Assembly (NCBI GenBank): GCA_030264375.1
Contig: JASCQW010000105.1
Span: forward strand, 39,311,751-39,375,750
Source: Carcharhinus longimanus
Lineage: Eukaryota
Direction of reading: 5' to 3'
Length of the DNA: 64,000 nucleotides
The notes below the pieces were generated by a model. The model was not told the origin of the DNA and did not search any database. It saw only the letters and a list, made by a program, of their open reading frames with translations. Of the stretch, positions 1 through 13,037 are shown in pieces. How positions within the stretch are numbered: position 1 is the stretch's first letter; every line of letters starts with the position of its first letter. Position numbers and translations under genes: made by a program.

Positions 1-461
1 GTTATAAACCACTCCCAAAAGTGTTTTAAAATGTTAAAAGTAAGACTGGTAATGCAAATTAAATCAATCTGACATTAGTTATAAGCATATCTTTAACCAC
101 AATGAAATGTTTTAAACTTGGTCAAATTCATGGTCTTCGGCATCCAACACAAAATGTTCAAATTCAGAGTCACTTTGGCTAGACATCAGTGCAAAGATCT
201 CATTTTGGATCAGATTTGGTGCTGTCGGTTTCAGAATCATCCTTCCATAATTCATCTTTCTCTCCATTCATTGAATTTGATATTCCACGTCAATCTGATG
301 AGTTTGTTCATGAATAGCATTTGACAATTTAACGACTCAACAAAACATCAAGTGGGGCAGGAAGCACATTTCCAATCTGTGAAGGTTTTATTGTCCATTG
401 GCCATCAACACATTCCTTTCAGATCAAACATGATCATTTCATTGCTTGTTGAAGCAATTAT

Positions 462-793
462 ATTTCAATATATGCTTCTCAAGATGAGGCCAATGGCTAG
501 TACCTGATCTCATAGCACATTTAGACTTTGGCATCTTCTTCAGGGTGGATTCCTTCTTCCGTTCTCATGCCAGTTTTCACTTGCACCAATTTCACTTGCA
601 TTAGCACAAGTTGTGTGACGAGTGGGTTTTTAGCTTGAAATCAGCTTTGTACTTTGTTTTTGCTGAAAGACCCGTTTTGGCAAGGTTTGCTGTGCAGGCA
701 TCCTGTGGGTCCTTTTGGCATGATGTGGAGATGCCGACGTTGGACTGGGGTAAACACAGTAAGAAGTCTCACAACACCAGGTTAAAGTTCAAC
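462..793. repeat. Local direct duplication of 1410-1753
   Basis: Near-identical sequence from atttcaatatatgcttctcaagatg to gttaaagttcaac, with one ~12-nt indel. Confidence 0.93.
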
Positions 794-818
794 AGGTTTA
801 TCTGGTAGCGAAAGCCAC
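721..818 (-). mobile_element. Penelope-type terminal repeat fragment (single arm)
   Basis: tgatgtggagatgccg..ttggactggggtaaacacagtaagaag family signature. Confidence 0.75.
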
Positions 819-1680
819 TTTTGAGGTGCAGACATTAGACACCCTGATATAACTGCAATTTGGGTGTGATTTCATGTCAATGTCATCAGCTCCTTGGGAT
901 CTGAACAGATTCCACTAGGAAGCTATGTTATTTGTATAAGCCACCAGGATGCTTAATCCACACATCATCAATCCCTAACTTCACTCCATCCTCATCCACC
1001 CAACCTTCTGCCAAGGACAGACAAAAACACCTGCAGGGAATTTTCAGCATGGTTTTACACTGAAAATTACCAGCAGCTTTAATTTCATTCCATCAGTCAT
1101 GAAGCTGTGAAGCTTTATCTACTTGCCTTGTGGTTTTCACTACAATCACTTTTGAACTTTTCCAATCCACAATTCGGCTGCTGCACCAAACAAAATTCAT
1201 GTGCGTTTCATCCATGTTGTCAATGTAATACAATGGGCACTCATGTTTTTGTCGTTGTCTGATGAATTGCTGAAAACTGGTAATATTGGCATAGATATCT
1301 TTTTGTAGTCTCAGTGGTCTTGGCTTTGTGCCACATAAGTTGGCTACAACCACTAGCTATATATATGCACTACATTTTTGGTGCTATAACTGACAATTTT
1401 TGAGCCGCCATTTCAATATATGCTTCTCAAGATGAGGCCAATGGCTAGTACTGGATCTCATAGCACATTTGGACTTTGGCATCTTCTTCAGGGTGGATTC
1501 CTTCTTCCGTTCTCATGCCAGTTTTCACTCACACCAATTTCACTTGCATTAGCACAAGTTGTGTGACGAGCGAGCAAACGCTATGGTTTTTGGCTCGAAA
1601 TCAGCTTTGTACTATGTTTTTGCTGAAAGGCCCATTTTGGCAAGGTTTGCTGTGCGGGCATCCTGTGGGTTCTTTTGGCA

Positions 1681-1820
1681 TGATGTGGAGATGCTGACGT
1701 TGGACTTGGGTAAACGCAATAAGAAGTCTTAAAACATCAGGTTAAAGTTCAACTTTTGGTGGCTTTTGCTACCAAATAAACCTGCTGGACTTTAACCTGG
1801 TGTTGAGAGATTTCTTACTG
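1681..1820. mobile_element. Penelope-type fold-back insertion with ~12-bp target-site duplication
   Basis: Inverted arms; gttcttttggca (1669-1680) vs gtccttttggca (1820-1831). Confidence 0.78.
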
Positions 1821-2214
1821 TCCTTTTGGCAACACAGCCCATATTGCCTGCTTGATCCCATGCGCTGGTTTATCAGCTAAGTAAAAAACATACATTTCTG
1901 AAGTGAAAAATTGAGTCTGACTCTTAACACCATTGACTTTTGTACTGCAATATACTGTTGTAGTTTAAAGAGAGTTGGGCTGTAAACTCATATGCCTATA
2001 TATCTAGTTATTACTCAAATCAATGACATCAAGCATTGTTTTTTTTACAATCAAGAGATTCTTTTCAATACACATACACTACATACTCCAAGCCTTTAAA
2101 GGTTTAGCCAGGTTTTTCATTTAATTTGAGGGGTTGAAAGGAAAATTTACACAAATTCAAGATCATAAATCATTTATCAACTGCTAACATATACAAAACA
2201 AGTTTGAGGTTTAT

Positions 2215-5160
2215 TTTTATTTGTTTTCACAGGATGTGGGCATCGCTGGCTAGGCCAGCATTTACTGCACATCCTTAACTGACCTTGAAATGGTGATAAA
2301 CTGCATTCTTGATCCATGTAGTGCAGTTACACCCATAGTGCTGTCAGGAAAGGAGTTCCAGGATTTTGGCCCAACAACAGCAAAGGGACAAAGATATAGT
2401 TCCAAGACAGGATGGTGTGGGACTTGGAGGGAAGCTTGCAGGTGTTCTTGAGCATATGCTGCTCTTGTCCTTCCTTACAGGTGGTACAGGTTGTAGGTTT
2501 TGAATGTATTGTCGAAGGATCCTTACAGTGTATATTGTAGAGATGGTACACACTGCTGCCACTGTGCAAAGTGGTGGGGGGAGTGAATGGTGGTAAATGG
2601 AGTGCGAATTAAGTGGGCAGCTTTGTCTTGTGTCAAGCTTCCTTCAGAACGATTTGGACAAGTTGAGCGAGTGGGCAAATGAAGTATAATTTGGAGAAAT
2701 TAGGTTACCAACTTTGGAAGCAAAAGCAGGAAGGCAGATTACGATCTGAATGGTCACAAATTAGGAGAGCAACATTGCAACGAGACCCAGATGTCCTCTC
2801 ACACCAGTCATTGAAGGTAAGCATGCAGGTGTAGCAGGCAGTAAAAAAGGCAAATGGTATGTTGGCCTGCATTGAGAGGATTCATGCACAGGAGCAGGGA
2901 TATTTTGATGCAGTTATATAGGGCCTTGGTGAAGCCACACCTGGATAAGTGCGTGCAGTTTTCGTCTCCTTATTTGAGGAAGAAGGATCTTGTTGCTGTA
3001 CAAGGAATGCACAGAAGGTTTACTAGACTGATTCCTGGGATGGCAGGATTGGCGTACGAGGAGAGATTGAGTCAGTTAGGATTGAATTCGGTGGACTTAA
3101 GAATGAGGGGGGTCTCATAGAAGCCTATAAAATTCTAACAGGGTTGATGCAAGAAGGATGTTCCTGATGGTTGGGGTGTCTAGAACCACAGGTCACAGTC
3201 TGATAATACACAGTAGATGCGTTACGACAGAGGTGAGAAGTAATTTCTTCACCGAGAGAGCCGTCAGCCTATGGAATTCACTATCACAAGTAGTACTTAA
3301 GGCCAAGATGTTGAATATTTTCAAGAGGCAGTTAGATACAGTATTTGAGATGAAGGGGATCAGAGGATTGGGGCGGGGGGAGGGTTGGCAGGATGCAGGA
3401 TCAGACTATTGAATTGGATGATCAGCCACAATCATAATGAATGGTAGAGCAGGCTTGAAGGGCTTCTTCCTGCTCCTATTTTCTATATTTCTGGTATTAT
3501 TGGAATTACACACATCCATGCAAGTGAAGACTACACCATCACATACTAACTTGTGCCTTGTCGTTGGTGGACAGGCTTTAGGAAGTCAAGAAGTGAGTTA
3601 CAGTGACTGGTTGAGTTCAGTCTCTGATCAATGGTAACCTCCAAGAAGTTAATCGTGGGAGATTTTGTTAATGGTAATGCAATTGAATGTCAAGGGAGAT
3701 GGTTGGACTCTCTTGTTGAAGATGGTCTTTACCTGATGCTTGTATGAACCAAATGTTACTTACCACTTCGCACCCTAAGCCTAAATGCTTATCAGGTCTT
3801 GCTACATTTGGACATAAAATGCTTCAGTATCTGCAGCGTTGAAGTAGTGATGAACATTGAACATTCATCAATAGATATCTCCACTTCTAACTTTATAATG
3901 GGGTGCCAGGAGAGCTTAAAGACCATGATAATGCAGCTGACGGATGATTAAGCCAAGGACACTACCCTGGGGAACTCCTGCATCATGTTGTAGACCTGAG
4001 GCAACCACCACCTGAATGTGGTATGCAGGGCTTAGATTTGCTCCATTGGTTGTGGGATCACTTAGCTTCATATATCACATGCTGTTTGGCACGCAAGTCA
4101 ATCTGTGTTGTAGTTCAACAAGGTGACATCTCTCTTTTAGGTACTTGGTGCTACTTCCAGCATGCTCTTCACTGAACTCGGGTTGATCCTCCCCACCACC
4201 ACGCCCTGCCCAGCTTGATGGTACTATTAGAGTGGGGATATGTCAAGCCTTCAGGTTACAGATTGTGGCTGAATACAATTCTACTGCTGTTGGTGGCCAA
4301 CAGCACCTCATGGATGCCCAGTTGTGATCTGCTAAATCTGTTTGAAATATCTCATTTAGCACGGGGGTAGTGCCACACAACACGTTGGAGAACATCCTCA
4401 ATATGAAGACGGGACTTTTCTCTAAGTGAACTGTGCACTGATCATTCCTACCAACACGGTCACTGAGTAGTGCAGTGAAAGTTAGACTGTTGAGCACACG
4501 TCAAGCAGATTTTTCCCTTTTGTTGTTTGCTTCACCACTTACTACAGATGCAGCCTAGCAGATATGTCCTTTAGAACTCAGTCAGCTCAGTTAATGATGA
4601 TGCAACTCTTGATGACAGACAATGAAGTCCCCTATCAAGAGTATATTGTGCCCTTGCGATCCTCAGTGGTTCTTCCCGTGGTGTTTAATATGGATGTGTA
4701 CTGATTCGTCTGCTGAGATGGGAAGACCACATCAACAGGAGGATTTCCTGCCAATGTTTCACTTGATGTCAATGTTGAAGACTCCACGGCACTTTCCTCC
4801 CAACTGTACAACCATGTCTGGTGGGTCTGTCCTGTCAATAGACAGGAGATATCTAGGGATGGTGTTGTCTGGGTCATTGTTTGCAAGGTATGACTTTGAA
4901 TATGACTTAGCAAGCCTGTGGAACAGCTCTCCCAATTTTGCTACAAGCTCCCAGATGTTAGTAAAGTTAGACTTTGCAGAGCTGACAATGCTGAGTGTGG
5001 CGGTCAGGACAACAAACCATCCCAGGCATTAGTGAATCAGATAAGCTTTTATGACAAGAATTAATGGCTTCATAGTCACTGTGATGAAAGACAGCTTTTA
5101 AATTGCAGATTTATTAATTGATTTTAAATTCCACTCGTGCTGTGGTCGTGTCACCACCTC
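2215..5160 (-). mobile_element. Decayed CR1/L2-clade LINE, interrupted by a nested CR1
   Basis: 3' end signature ggatgtgggcatcgctggctaggccagcattta also at ~16600 and ~42190; body resumes after ~3510. Confidence 0.7.
2645..3490 (+). mobile_element. CR1 (HER1-like) LINE 3' fragment: RT C-terminus and 3' UTR
   Basis: LYRALVKPHLDKCVQFSSPYL, RRFTRLIPGM..YEERL and NFFTERAVSLWNSL motifs. Confidence 0.9.
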
Positions 5161-5438
5161 CCCAATTTGTTCAAAATTCTTCTCATTTAAGTGAGCAAAT
5201 TCAGACTGTTCGCATCTACAAAGGTCATTTACTTGCTATCAGTTCATCCACAAAAGATCATATTTGTTGTTTTCCACTGCTTTGGTCAACACACAGTTGC
5301 CATTTTTTTAAAAAGAACGATCTGGAGCACCAACAGCTTTCACCTTCCAAACTACCACACAATTTTACAAAACAATTAGTGCAACTGAAATGCCACTAAT
5401 AATCTTAATAATAAATTGAAATTGGTTTATTTTCTTAC

Positions 5439-5781
5439 CCTCCAAAGATACTCCAGTCCTATTAACTCAAGATCATCCATCATATAAGCACGCCGTTTTG
5501 CTACAAGTTTCCCTTCGCGACAGTTCACAGCTTTGAAAAACCGTTCAAAGCACTTCATTCCATTTTCAGTTAAGAGAGAAGGATCCAGTTGCAGAACATT
5601 ATTTTCAAAGAAGTCTTTGTTTATATCTGGGTCTAAGTCAGGCTCATCCCCCATCAACTTGGAAAACCACTTGAAACAGGCCTCACGATCACAAAGGTAG
5701 ACAGCATTCTCAGCCAAACATTTCCAGATTTGCTTGGCTTGAGGAGCACACAACCACAGCTGGCCATCCTTCAATAAAAAT
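5439..5781 (-). CDS. USP9X: USP9X exon 16 ([22 protein letters not shown]...IGLEYLWR); the gene continues beyond the left edge
   Basis: 343 nt; ORF 5427..5774; ccttag| and |gtaaga. Confidence 0.98.
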
Positions 5782-6246
5782 CTAAGGAATAAATACAGGT
5801 TAACATTTATGATAGAATTACTTCTTAAAGTAACAAGTCACTTGTTGACTCACGTCCACAATCAGCGTATTGTCAATGGCCAAAAGGACAGATAACGGTT
5901 TTCCCATGCCATCACTAGTCTGAAACATTGCTTTAGAATTACAGAAACATGACTGTGCAATTTTGCTTTTAATCTTATCTTTGTTCTTTTCACCACCAGC
6001 AATACTTACCAGTCCACATCCCTTGCCTCCAACCCCAAGAAAAAACATAACCTTTATTTGTACCTCAAAACAATAAGTATGCAGAGCAATTTGGAGCAGA
6101 GGACAACCATAAACATCAACCCCTTTTGCACTTTATATCACACTGAAAAGCTAACATGCAACAATAATTTACCTGTAACCAGTGGCACACAAAAGATTAT
6201 TTTTGAACGAGTTGCAAACAATATGTGGTAAAGAAAGTTACAAATA

Positions 6247-6565
6247 CAGGCAGTCTCTGGACTTGAAACACTATTGGTTCCCGAAAAATGGTTCTTGGAT
6301 CAAAACATTATGAATCGGAATAGATTTTCTCATAAAAACAAGTTTGGAAACGAAGACTCACCAAGAAAAAAGTGCCAGAACAACATTAGAGTGACGTAAG
6401 TCAGGGATACAGGCAGTGCAGAACGTCGAGATGTATGAATGAATGTTTGGACTGGTTTTCTGGCATAGCGTTGCTAAGTCAAAAGCAACATTGTAAATTT
6501 GAAACAGGGTGTCAATTTATAAAGAAGTGTCGTAACTTGAACATCATAAAGTCAAAGACTGCTTG
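6247..6565. mobile_element. Tigger/mariner-like MITE
   Basis: Imperfect TIRs caggcagtctctggactt / aagtcaaagactgcttg flanked by TA on both sides. Confidence 0.75.
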
Positions 6566-7108
6566 TACAGGTTCATCCAAATACCTACCATTTAGGCCAA
6601 CAAGCAGTGGTTAGTCACATGGATGCGTGATACATAGAGGCAGTTCTGTATTCAAAGAATGATTCTCTTACATTCGCTATATAATCTTTCAATCATAACT
6701 TATTGTCATCTTTCAAGAGTGAATGGTTCTTGTGAACAGGTTAGCACTTAGTATAGGATCAAAACTCAAATGTGAATTCTTGGCAAAGTATTACTGAAAG
6801 ATAAGTTTTAATTTAATAAACTATGTTTCCTATTACAAATATGCTAGCCTTAATCAAATAAAGTTTGATTGCACAATTTTTCATCCTCTGAAATCATTTA
6901 CATATTAGCATCCAGTCAGATGGAAGCAGATTTTTCTACGAGCTTAATGGTGCTTTTAGAAGCCTGATCCTCATGCATCCTCCATTTCACATTTTGCAAG
7001 GCTGAAAAAATTAGATGTACGTGCAGCCTTAGAATTTGAAGCCGCATCTTTCTGGTTGGAAACCATGTTCCATGCTCTTAGCTCTGTCTGAGGCCAGAAC
7101 TCTCCATT

Positions 7109-7140
7109 CACCTGACGAAGAGGGGAACCTCGAAAGCTTG
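7109..7140 (+). ncRNA. Minimal hammerhead ribozyme motif (orphan Penelope-type fragment)
   Basis: CAC-CTGACGA-A-GAGG(GGAA)CCTC-GAAA-GCTT-G; stem I mostly lost. Confidence 0.55.
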
Positions 7141-7263
7141 CAAGTTTACTACCATGCTCCTAGCTGCAGTGCAATTTCTACATTATGAGCCATCAGCAAG
7201 AGAAATCCTGATCAGTTTACTTTCTAAACCATAAAATCAATTTTCATTCACAAATCAACTCAC

Positions 7264-7351
7264 CTTAAGAAATTCAGTCTCTCTTGGACTTCTTGTACAT
7301 GGCTATATCGACTCCCTGTCCTTACAGTCTGTGGATCGTACTCTGGATTCT
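7264..7351 (-). CDS. USP9X: USP9X exon 15 ([30 protein letters not shown])
   Basis: 88 nt; ttgcag| and |gtgagt. Confidence 0.97.
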
Positions 7352-7789
7352 CTGCAAGTTACAAAATTCCTCATTAATGCACATGAAACTTGCTGTACAT
7401 TTAGTTACAAAATTCTAAGAGGAAAAGTTGCAGCACAACATTTGGCACCATATGCCCATTTTAAAACAGCCAAACAATTCAGAGTTAAATAGGATTAGGA
7501 CAGGGAGCAGACACTCTGTCTCCAAGGATCAGCCTAGACAATGTAAAGTACATGTAATGACGACGGAGCCAACCACCTTCTGGCTGAGGCAAAGAGTGCT
7601 GTCACAGAGCTAAAACTGGCTGTGTCTTAAGAAATATATTGTATTATTCAAATATGTACAAAACTAGCTTGGCAACAAAGACCAGGCAGTATTAACAGGA
7701 AAATATTGTGCCTATGAAGCAGTAACCAATGTCATTCCATCAATACAAAAACGGAAAATGCTGGACAAACTCAACAGGTTTAGAGCTGT

Positions 7790-8330
7790 AGAGGTTTAGA
7801 GATAGAGGTTTACAGCATGGAAACAGGCCTTTCAGCCCGACTTGTCCATGCTGTCCTTTTGTTTTAAAGCTCTTAAGCTAGTCCCAATTGCCCATATTTG
7901 ACCCATTTCCCTCTACACCCATCTTACCCATGTAATTCTCTAAATGTTTTTTAGAAGACAAAATTGTACTGGCCTCTACTACTGCCTCTGGCAGCTTGCT
8001 CCAGACACTCACCACCCTCGATGAAAACACTGCTCCTCTAGATCCTTTTGTATCTCTCCCCCTCATCTTAAACCTATGCCCTTTAGTTTTAGATTGCCTT
8101 ATCTTTGGGAAAATATGTTGACAACCTAACTGATGCTCCTCATTATTCACAGATCTCCATAAGATCACCCCTCAGACTTCTACGCTCCAGTGAAAAAAGT
8201 CCCAGTCTATCCAGCCTCTCCTTATAACTCAAACCATTAAGTCGCGGTAGCATCCTACTAAATCTTTTCTGCACGCTTTCTAATTCAATAATATCCTTTC
8301 TACAATAGGATGACCAGAACTGTACACTGT
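7790..8330 (-). mobile_element. CR1 LINE 3' fragment
   Basis: EYSVQFWS, VQKRFSRMLPRL..LSYKERLDRLGLFSLERR and VVSVWSKLPE motifs. Confidence 0.9.
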
Positions 8331-8509
8331 ATTCATAAGAACATAAGAAATAGGAGCAGGAGTAGGCCATCTAGCCCTTTGAGCCTGCCCCGCCATTCAG
8401 TAAGATCATNNNNNNNNNNNNNNNNNNNNNNNNNNNNNNNNNNNNNNNNNNNNNNNNNNNNNNNNNNNNNNNNNNNNNNNNNNNNNNNNNNNNNNNNNNN
8501 NNNNNNNNN

Positions 8510-8900
8510 TTTACTACGATGTTTGCCAGAACGTGATGGTTTGAATTATAAGTAGAGACTGGATAGACTGGGACTACTTTCTCTGGAGCATAAGAGGCCG
8601 AGGGGTGATCTTATAGAATAATGAGGGGCAATATCTTTTCCCAAAGGTTGGGGGGTCTAAAATTAGAGGGCATAGGTTTAAGCTGAGAGGAAAGGAGAGA
8701 TACAAAAGGGTCCAGAGGGGCAATTTTTTTCACGCAGAGGGTGGTGAGTGTCTAGAACAAGCTGCCAGAGGTAGTAGGAGAGGCGGATACAGTTTTGTCT
8801 TTTAAAAAGTGTTTAGGCAATTGTGGGCGACTGGAACTATCTTAGAAGTTTAAAAAAAGGGCTGCACGGATAAGTTGGGCTGTTTCTCTATGACTCTATG
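8510..8900 (+). mobile_element. CR1 LINE 3' fragment, same subfamily as 7790-8330 but inverted
   Basis: Reverse-complement similarity, e.g. agagggcataggtttaag..gagagatacaaaagggtccagagggg. Confidence 0.85.
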
Positions 8901-9084
8901 CTGCAGTTTCCTCCCACTTCCCAAAAACGTGTGGATTAGGTTGATTGGCTATGCTAAGTTGATCCTAGTGGTAGGGGATTAGCAGGCTAAATATGTAGGA
9001 TCATGGAATTGGGCCTGGGTGGAATTGTAATCGAGCGGATTCTATGGACTGAGTGGCCTGCTTCTGCACTGTAGGGATTCTATG
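8901..9084 (+). mobile_element. HE1-like SINE, 3' part
   Basis: gtttcctcccac..ggttgattggctatgctaa..cttctgcactgtagggattctatga. Confidence 0.75.
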
Positions 9085-11480
9085 AGGACACCATTCCACT
9101 GTTTTAATAAGAATTCAGTTCCGTGTTTTCCAACTCCTTTCAGAATTCCTTTGTCTTGAATTGCAACATACATCCAAAATTGTACACAAAATCAGGTATT
9201 CAGTCCCCAGAGTATAGTTGCTTCAAAAACTAGTAATAAGAGCACCAAACCTAACTGCTTCAGATATGTGGTTTCCCTGTAGCTAACCTAATCAGCTCTA
9301 TTCTTCCCAAGTCTGACTAACTTCCATAAGTATCCTGTTTAAAAGGCACTTCCTTTTTGATCCTTTCTTCAATATTCCTAGAGTTTCTTTTCCATTCCCT
9401 GGTTTCTAAAACTAACTGTCCTTTAATTCCTATGAAGCTTGCTTTCACACACCTTATTCCATTGTTTGGTTTTCCTACTCCTAGAGGAGTGAGAGTTATT
9501 CACTCTTGCTTCACAGCCCCAACTGCAATGAATTTAGTTAAAATTACACACAAAAAGTGCTCCTGGTTGCTAAGCAATGACATTTTACTTCTCAAATTTA
9601 TTTATTTTTCAGGCCTAACTTCTCTAAGCACAATAGAAGCACAGTTTGAACTGACCAAAATCACCATACATCCAAGCTCTTTTGCGTATCATGAATCTAA
9701 TTAAAGTTTTACTCTTCTTAAATTAAATCCACTTAAATCTGTACCTTATTTTTAATATTTAACAATACAAATATAAATATAAATCCTTTAAAACTATCCA
9801 TTTTGCTGATAACTAAATATTTAAAGGATAAATGAAACAGGTCGTGAAAAGAACTAACGTTACAGGTAAGTAAACTATTTACCATGAACAGCAAATACAA
9901 AAAATTACAAAATTTTGCAATATTACAAAATTACTACAAAATTAACAAATTTCAATGGGGAAACCAACTGCGAGACAAAATAACTAACTGCTGATCATGA
10001 ATTAACTTAAAAATCTAAATTAATATTTGAGAAAAAAGTTTGAGATTAGTCAACAACACAGCACATAAACTGGGAAGAGTGAATATAGAGATCTTGGTGA
10101 AGCAGTCCATGATTCAGGAGTGGACAGTCCAATGGACCAAATGACATCTTCTCATTCCAAATTTTACATTCATTAAGTGTACAATAATTAGCACATGGCA
10201 TCACTGAAACAGACAAATAGGAACTTTAGGAAATTATCAAAATGCATAAACATGGCGGGTAAACATTTTGAGAAACCAGGACAGGAAAACAGGCAACAGG
10301 TCCAAATATGCCAAAAGCCTCAGGTTCTCAATGAGCACAACGCTGAAAACAATATACAGAAATTTACACCATCACATTGTAATTACACGAAAATGAGAAA
10401 TGTTTAAATTTGCATAATTTTTGAGCTATGTGTTGCTATCAGCACATTTCTCTAGGACGTGATGGAGGAATGAACATAAGAACATAAGAAATAGGAGCAG
10501 GAGTAGGCCATCTGGCCCTTCGAGCCTGCCCCGCCATTCAATAANNNNNNNNNNNNNNNNNNNNNNNNNNNNNNNNNNNNNNNNNNNNNNNNNNNNNNNN
10601 NNNNNNNNNNNNNNNNNNNNNNNNNNNNNNNNNNNNNNNNNNNNCATTATTGAAGTAATATCAGTTATTTTCTGTGGCTTATTGTTTAAGATGAATATTT
10701 CTTGCAACATGCCAATGGGATCGACAAAAAAATTGATTTATTCAACTGCTCAGTGTTTTACTGCTCATTTTTTCCTTATTAAAAATGGAATTAAACTGAT
10801 ATTTGCTAATATTTAATCATATACTTGCTTGATAACTGCACAGCTAAGTCTTCATTTTAATCCATCACTCCAAGTATGATGCCCTGAAGTGCAACACAAT
10901 CAAGTGCAGCACCTTTCTAAAAGCTAGGCATAAGACTTTCAATTTTAGAGATAGGAAGAAAGAACCCATCAACTACAGTAACCAATGCCACAAATTCAAA
11001 TTTTGGGGAAATTCTCCAAGCTCATTCACCCTGTTGAAGCATTGAACAGCACTGCCTCGTTGAAATCCTCAGTTGGTAGGGAAAATAATTTCCATTACAT
11101 ATTCCCCGTGGCTAGTAACAACTTGAATAACTTCTATAACAAATTTATTCATTCTCCCCTCATCAGTTTTCTCCAACACATTTGTTTGCACAGTACTCCA
11201 CAAAGCCTAAATGAGAAAACTGGGAAGACATTTTCGAAGTGAACTATTTATTTCCAAGCATCTACTAATTCATTGCATCCTTTCGCTTCGCTATTCTTTA
11301 GCATGTTCCTCCACCAATGTAGCCCATTATTCTGATAAAAATCTTAAATCTCATGCAAATTAAAAAACAATAGATTTAAACTGGTGATACTCTGGGATAG
11401 GAACCAAATTCATTGTGAGCATTTTGAACTGTAGTTAAATTTGAATGGTTTGATTTCAAGAAATAAGTCATACTCTTTAC

Positions 11481-11614
11481 CTTTGTGAAATTGCCGGATA
11501 TTCTCCATATAGGCGGAGAGGTTTTCAGCTACCAAGGTGACTAATGAATGATTGTGTTGAAGCTGGTTAATCAAATCATGCCGATAAAATACGTGAGGAC
11601 TTCTTTGGGTCTGG
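11481..11614 (-). CDS. USP9X: USP9X exon 14 ([44 protein letters not shown])
   Basis: 134 nt; ttatag| and |gtaaag. Confidence 0.97.
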
Positions 11615-12779
11615 CTATAAAGAAAACATTTATGTTAATCAATAGCCCTGATGACATTCAGAAATTAATCCATTATGGTACTAACTGAAGAGAGAGCGGG
11701 ACTCAATGGACCAAATGGCCTCTTTCTGTGCCATAATGACGACAACTTCATAATATTTTATAGTGTAACTACTATCTATATTTTGAGGACACTAATCTTC
11801 CTAACACATCACAAATATATTTTTGCAAACAAAACTCATGGCTGCACGTCAGACCCATTTAACAAAGTGCTTCATAATGAATACGGAAAACATACACTGA
11901 GCGAGAAGAAAAATTAGAAGATACGACCAAAAATTTAGAACAAAAAGGTTTGCAAAACATTAAGTTTTTGAAGGGATGGAAATACTAAATTTAACTTGGG
12001 AGACTTCCGGAGAGCAAGGCTAAGGCATCCAATTTTAAGCCAAAAAAGCGAGATGGAAAAAATCGCTCCCAAGGAACCTTACGTTTTGGAGGATACCATC
12101 AATACCATCACAAAAGGATGTGGAGGAAACATTTTTGAATTTAATACTTGGGAAATCAAACAGTTAAAGTAAGGACAAACAAGACCTAGCATGGAAGAAT
12201 TAAGCATGATAGTTTAAGACAGGCTGGGGTGTGAAGGATGGGAGGCTAGCAAGAACAAAACATATTAGTCCAGTTCAGAGGTACAAGAGCATGCCTAAGC
12301 ATTTCACTGGAAAGTAGCTGAGACATCCAACATGTTGAAAAACCTAACTCTGTTGTGCAGATGATCCTGCATCTCCACATCATGTCCAGGTGTTCGACAG
12401 GTGGGGAGGTTGAAAGCATTATTCTGACTAAATATATCATAATTGCAAATTATCAGTTTGTTCCAAAAAGTCACACTGGATTTGAAAAATTAGTTGTTTC
12501 TCTTTCCACACAGTTGCTGCCAAACTTGCTGAGTTTTTCCAACACTTTCTATTGCAAATTGTCTCATTAGTTGCACGGGGTGGAGCTGTTAGCACAGATC
12601 TAACTAGATGAAAGTTAGGATTTAATGTTGGCCAACAGACTAGCAGCAGAGAAGCAGTTGAAAAGTGGGAGTGAAATAGAATTGGACATAGGAATACATG
12701 TGAAAATTGACTGTTTGCCAATGGATGATACTTTTTAGAGACAGCCAAGGATAGATCCTAAAATCTAGTGTATGCATTC

Positions 12780-13037
12780 TATAAAATCCTGACAATGCAA
12801 GAGGCCGCCATTCAGCCCAGCAAGCCGATGCCAACAACAATCCCTATCCCTACAGCCCCACATATTTTACCCTGCTAATTCCCCCCGACACCAAGAGGCA
12901 ATTTAGCATGGTTCAATGAATCTAACCAACACATCTTTGTTGTGTGGGAGTAAACCGGGCACCCGGAGGAAACCCATGCCGAGATGGCAGAATCGAACCT
13001 GGTCCCTGGCACAACGAGGCAGCAGCGCTAACCATTG
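12780..13037 (-). mobile_element. HE1-like tRNA-derived SINE (internally deleted)
   Basis: cacccggaggaaacccat, gaatcgaacc and gcagcagcgctaacca signatures. Confidence 0.75.

Larger units (their letters stand above)
250..1957 (-). mobile_element. Decayed pogo/Tigger-family DNA transposon (DDE transposase remnant), rearranged
   Basis: Minus-strand motifs IDNMDETHMNF (cf. IGNMDETPMxF), VKTT, GWVDEDG, TQIAVISGCLMS (cf. IAVIPGGLTS) and MANG..KTFT; frameshifted; left boundary uncertain. Confidence 0.75.

Noticed and set aside
4622-5032. 136-aa plus-strand ORF
   Set aside because: Antisense to a decayed LINE, with no recognisable domain.
9898-9950. Degenerate (ATTACAAA)n run
   Set aside because: Short AT-rich slippage repeat with no sign of function.
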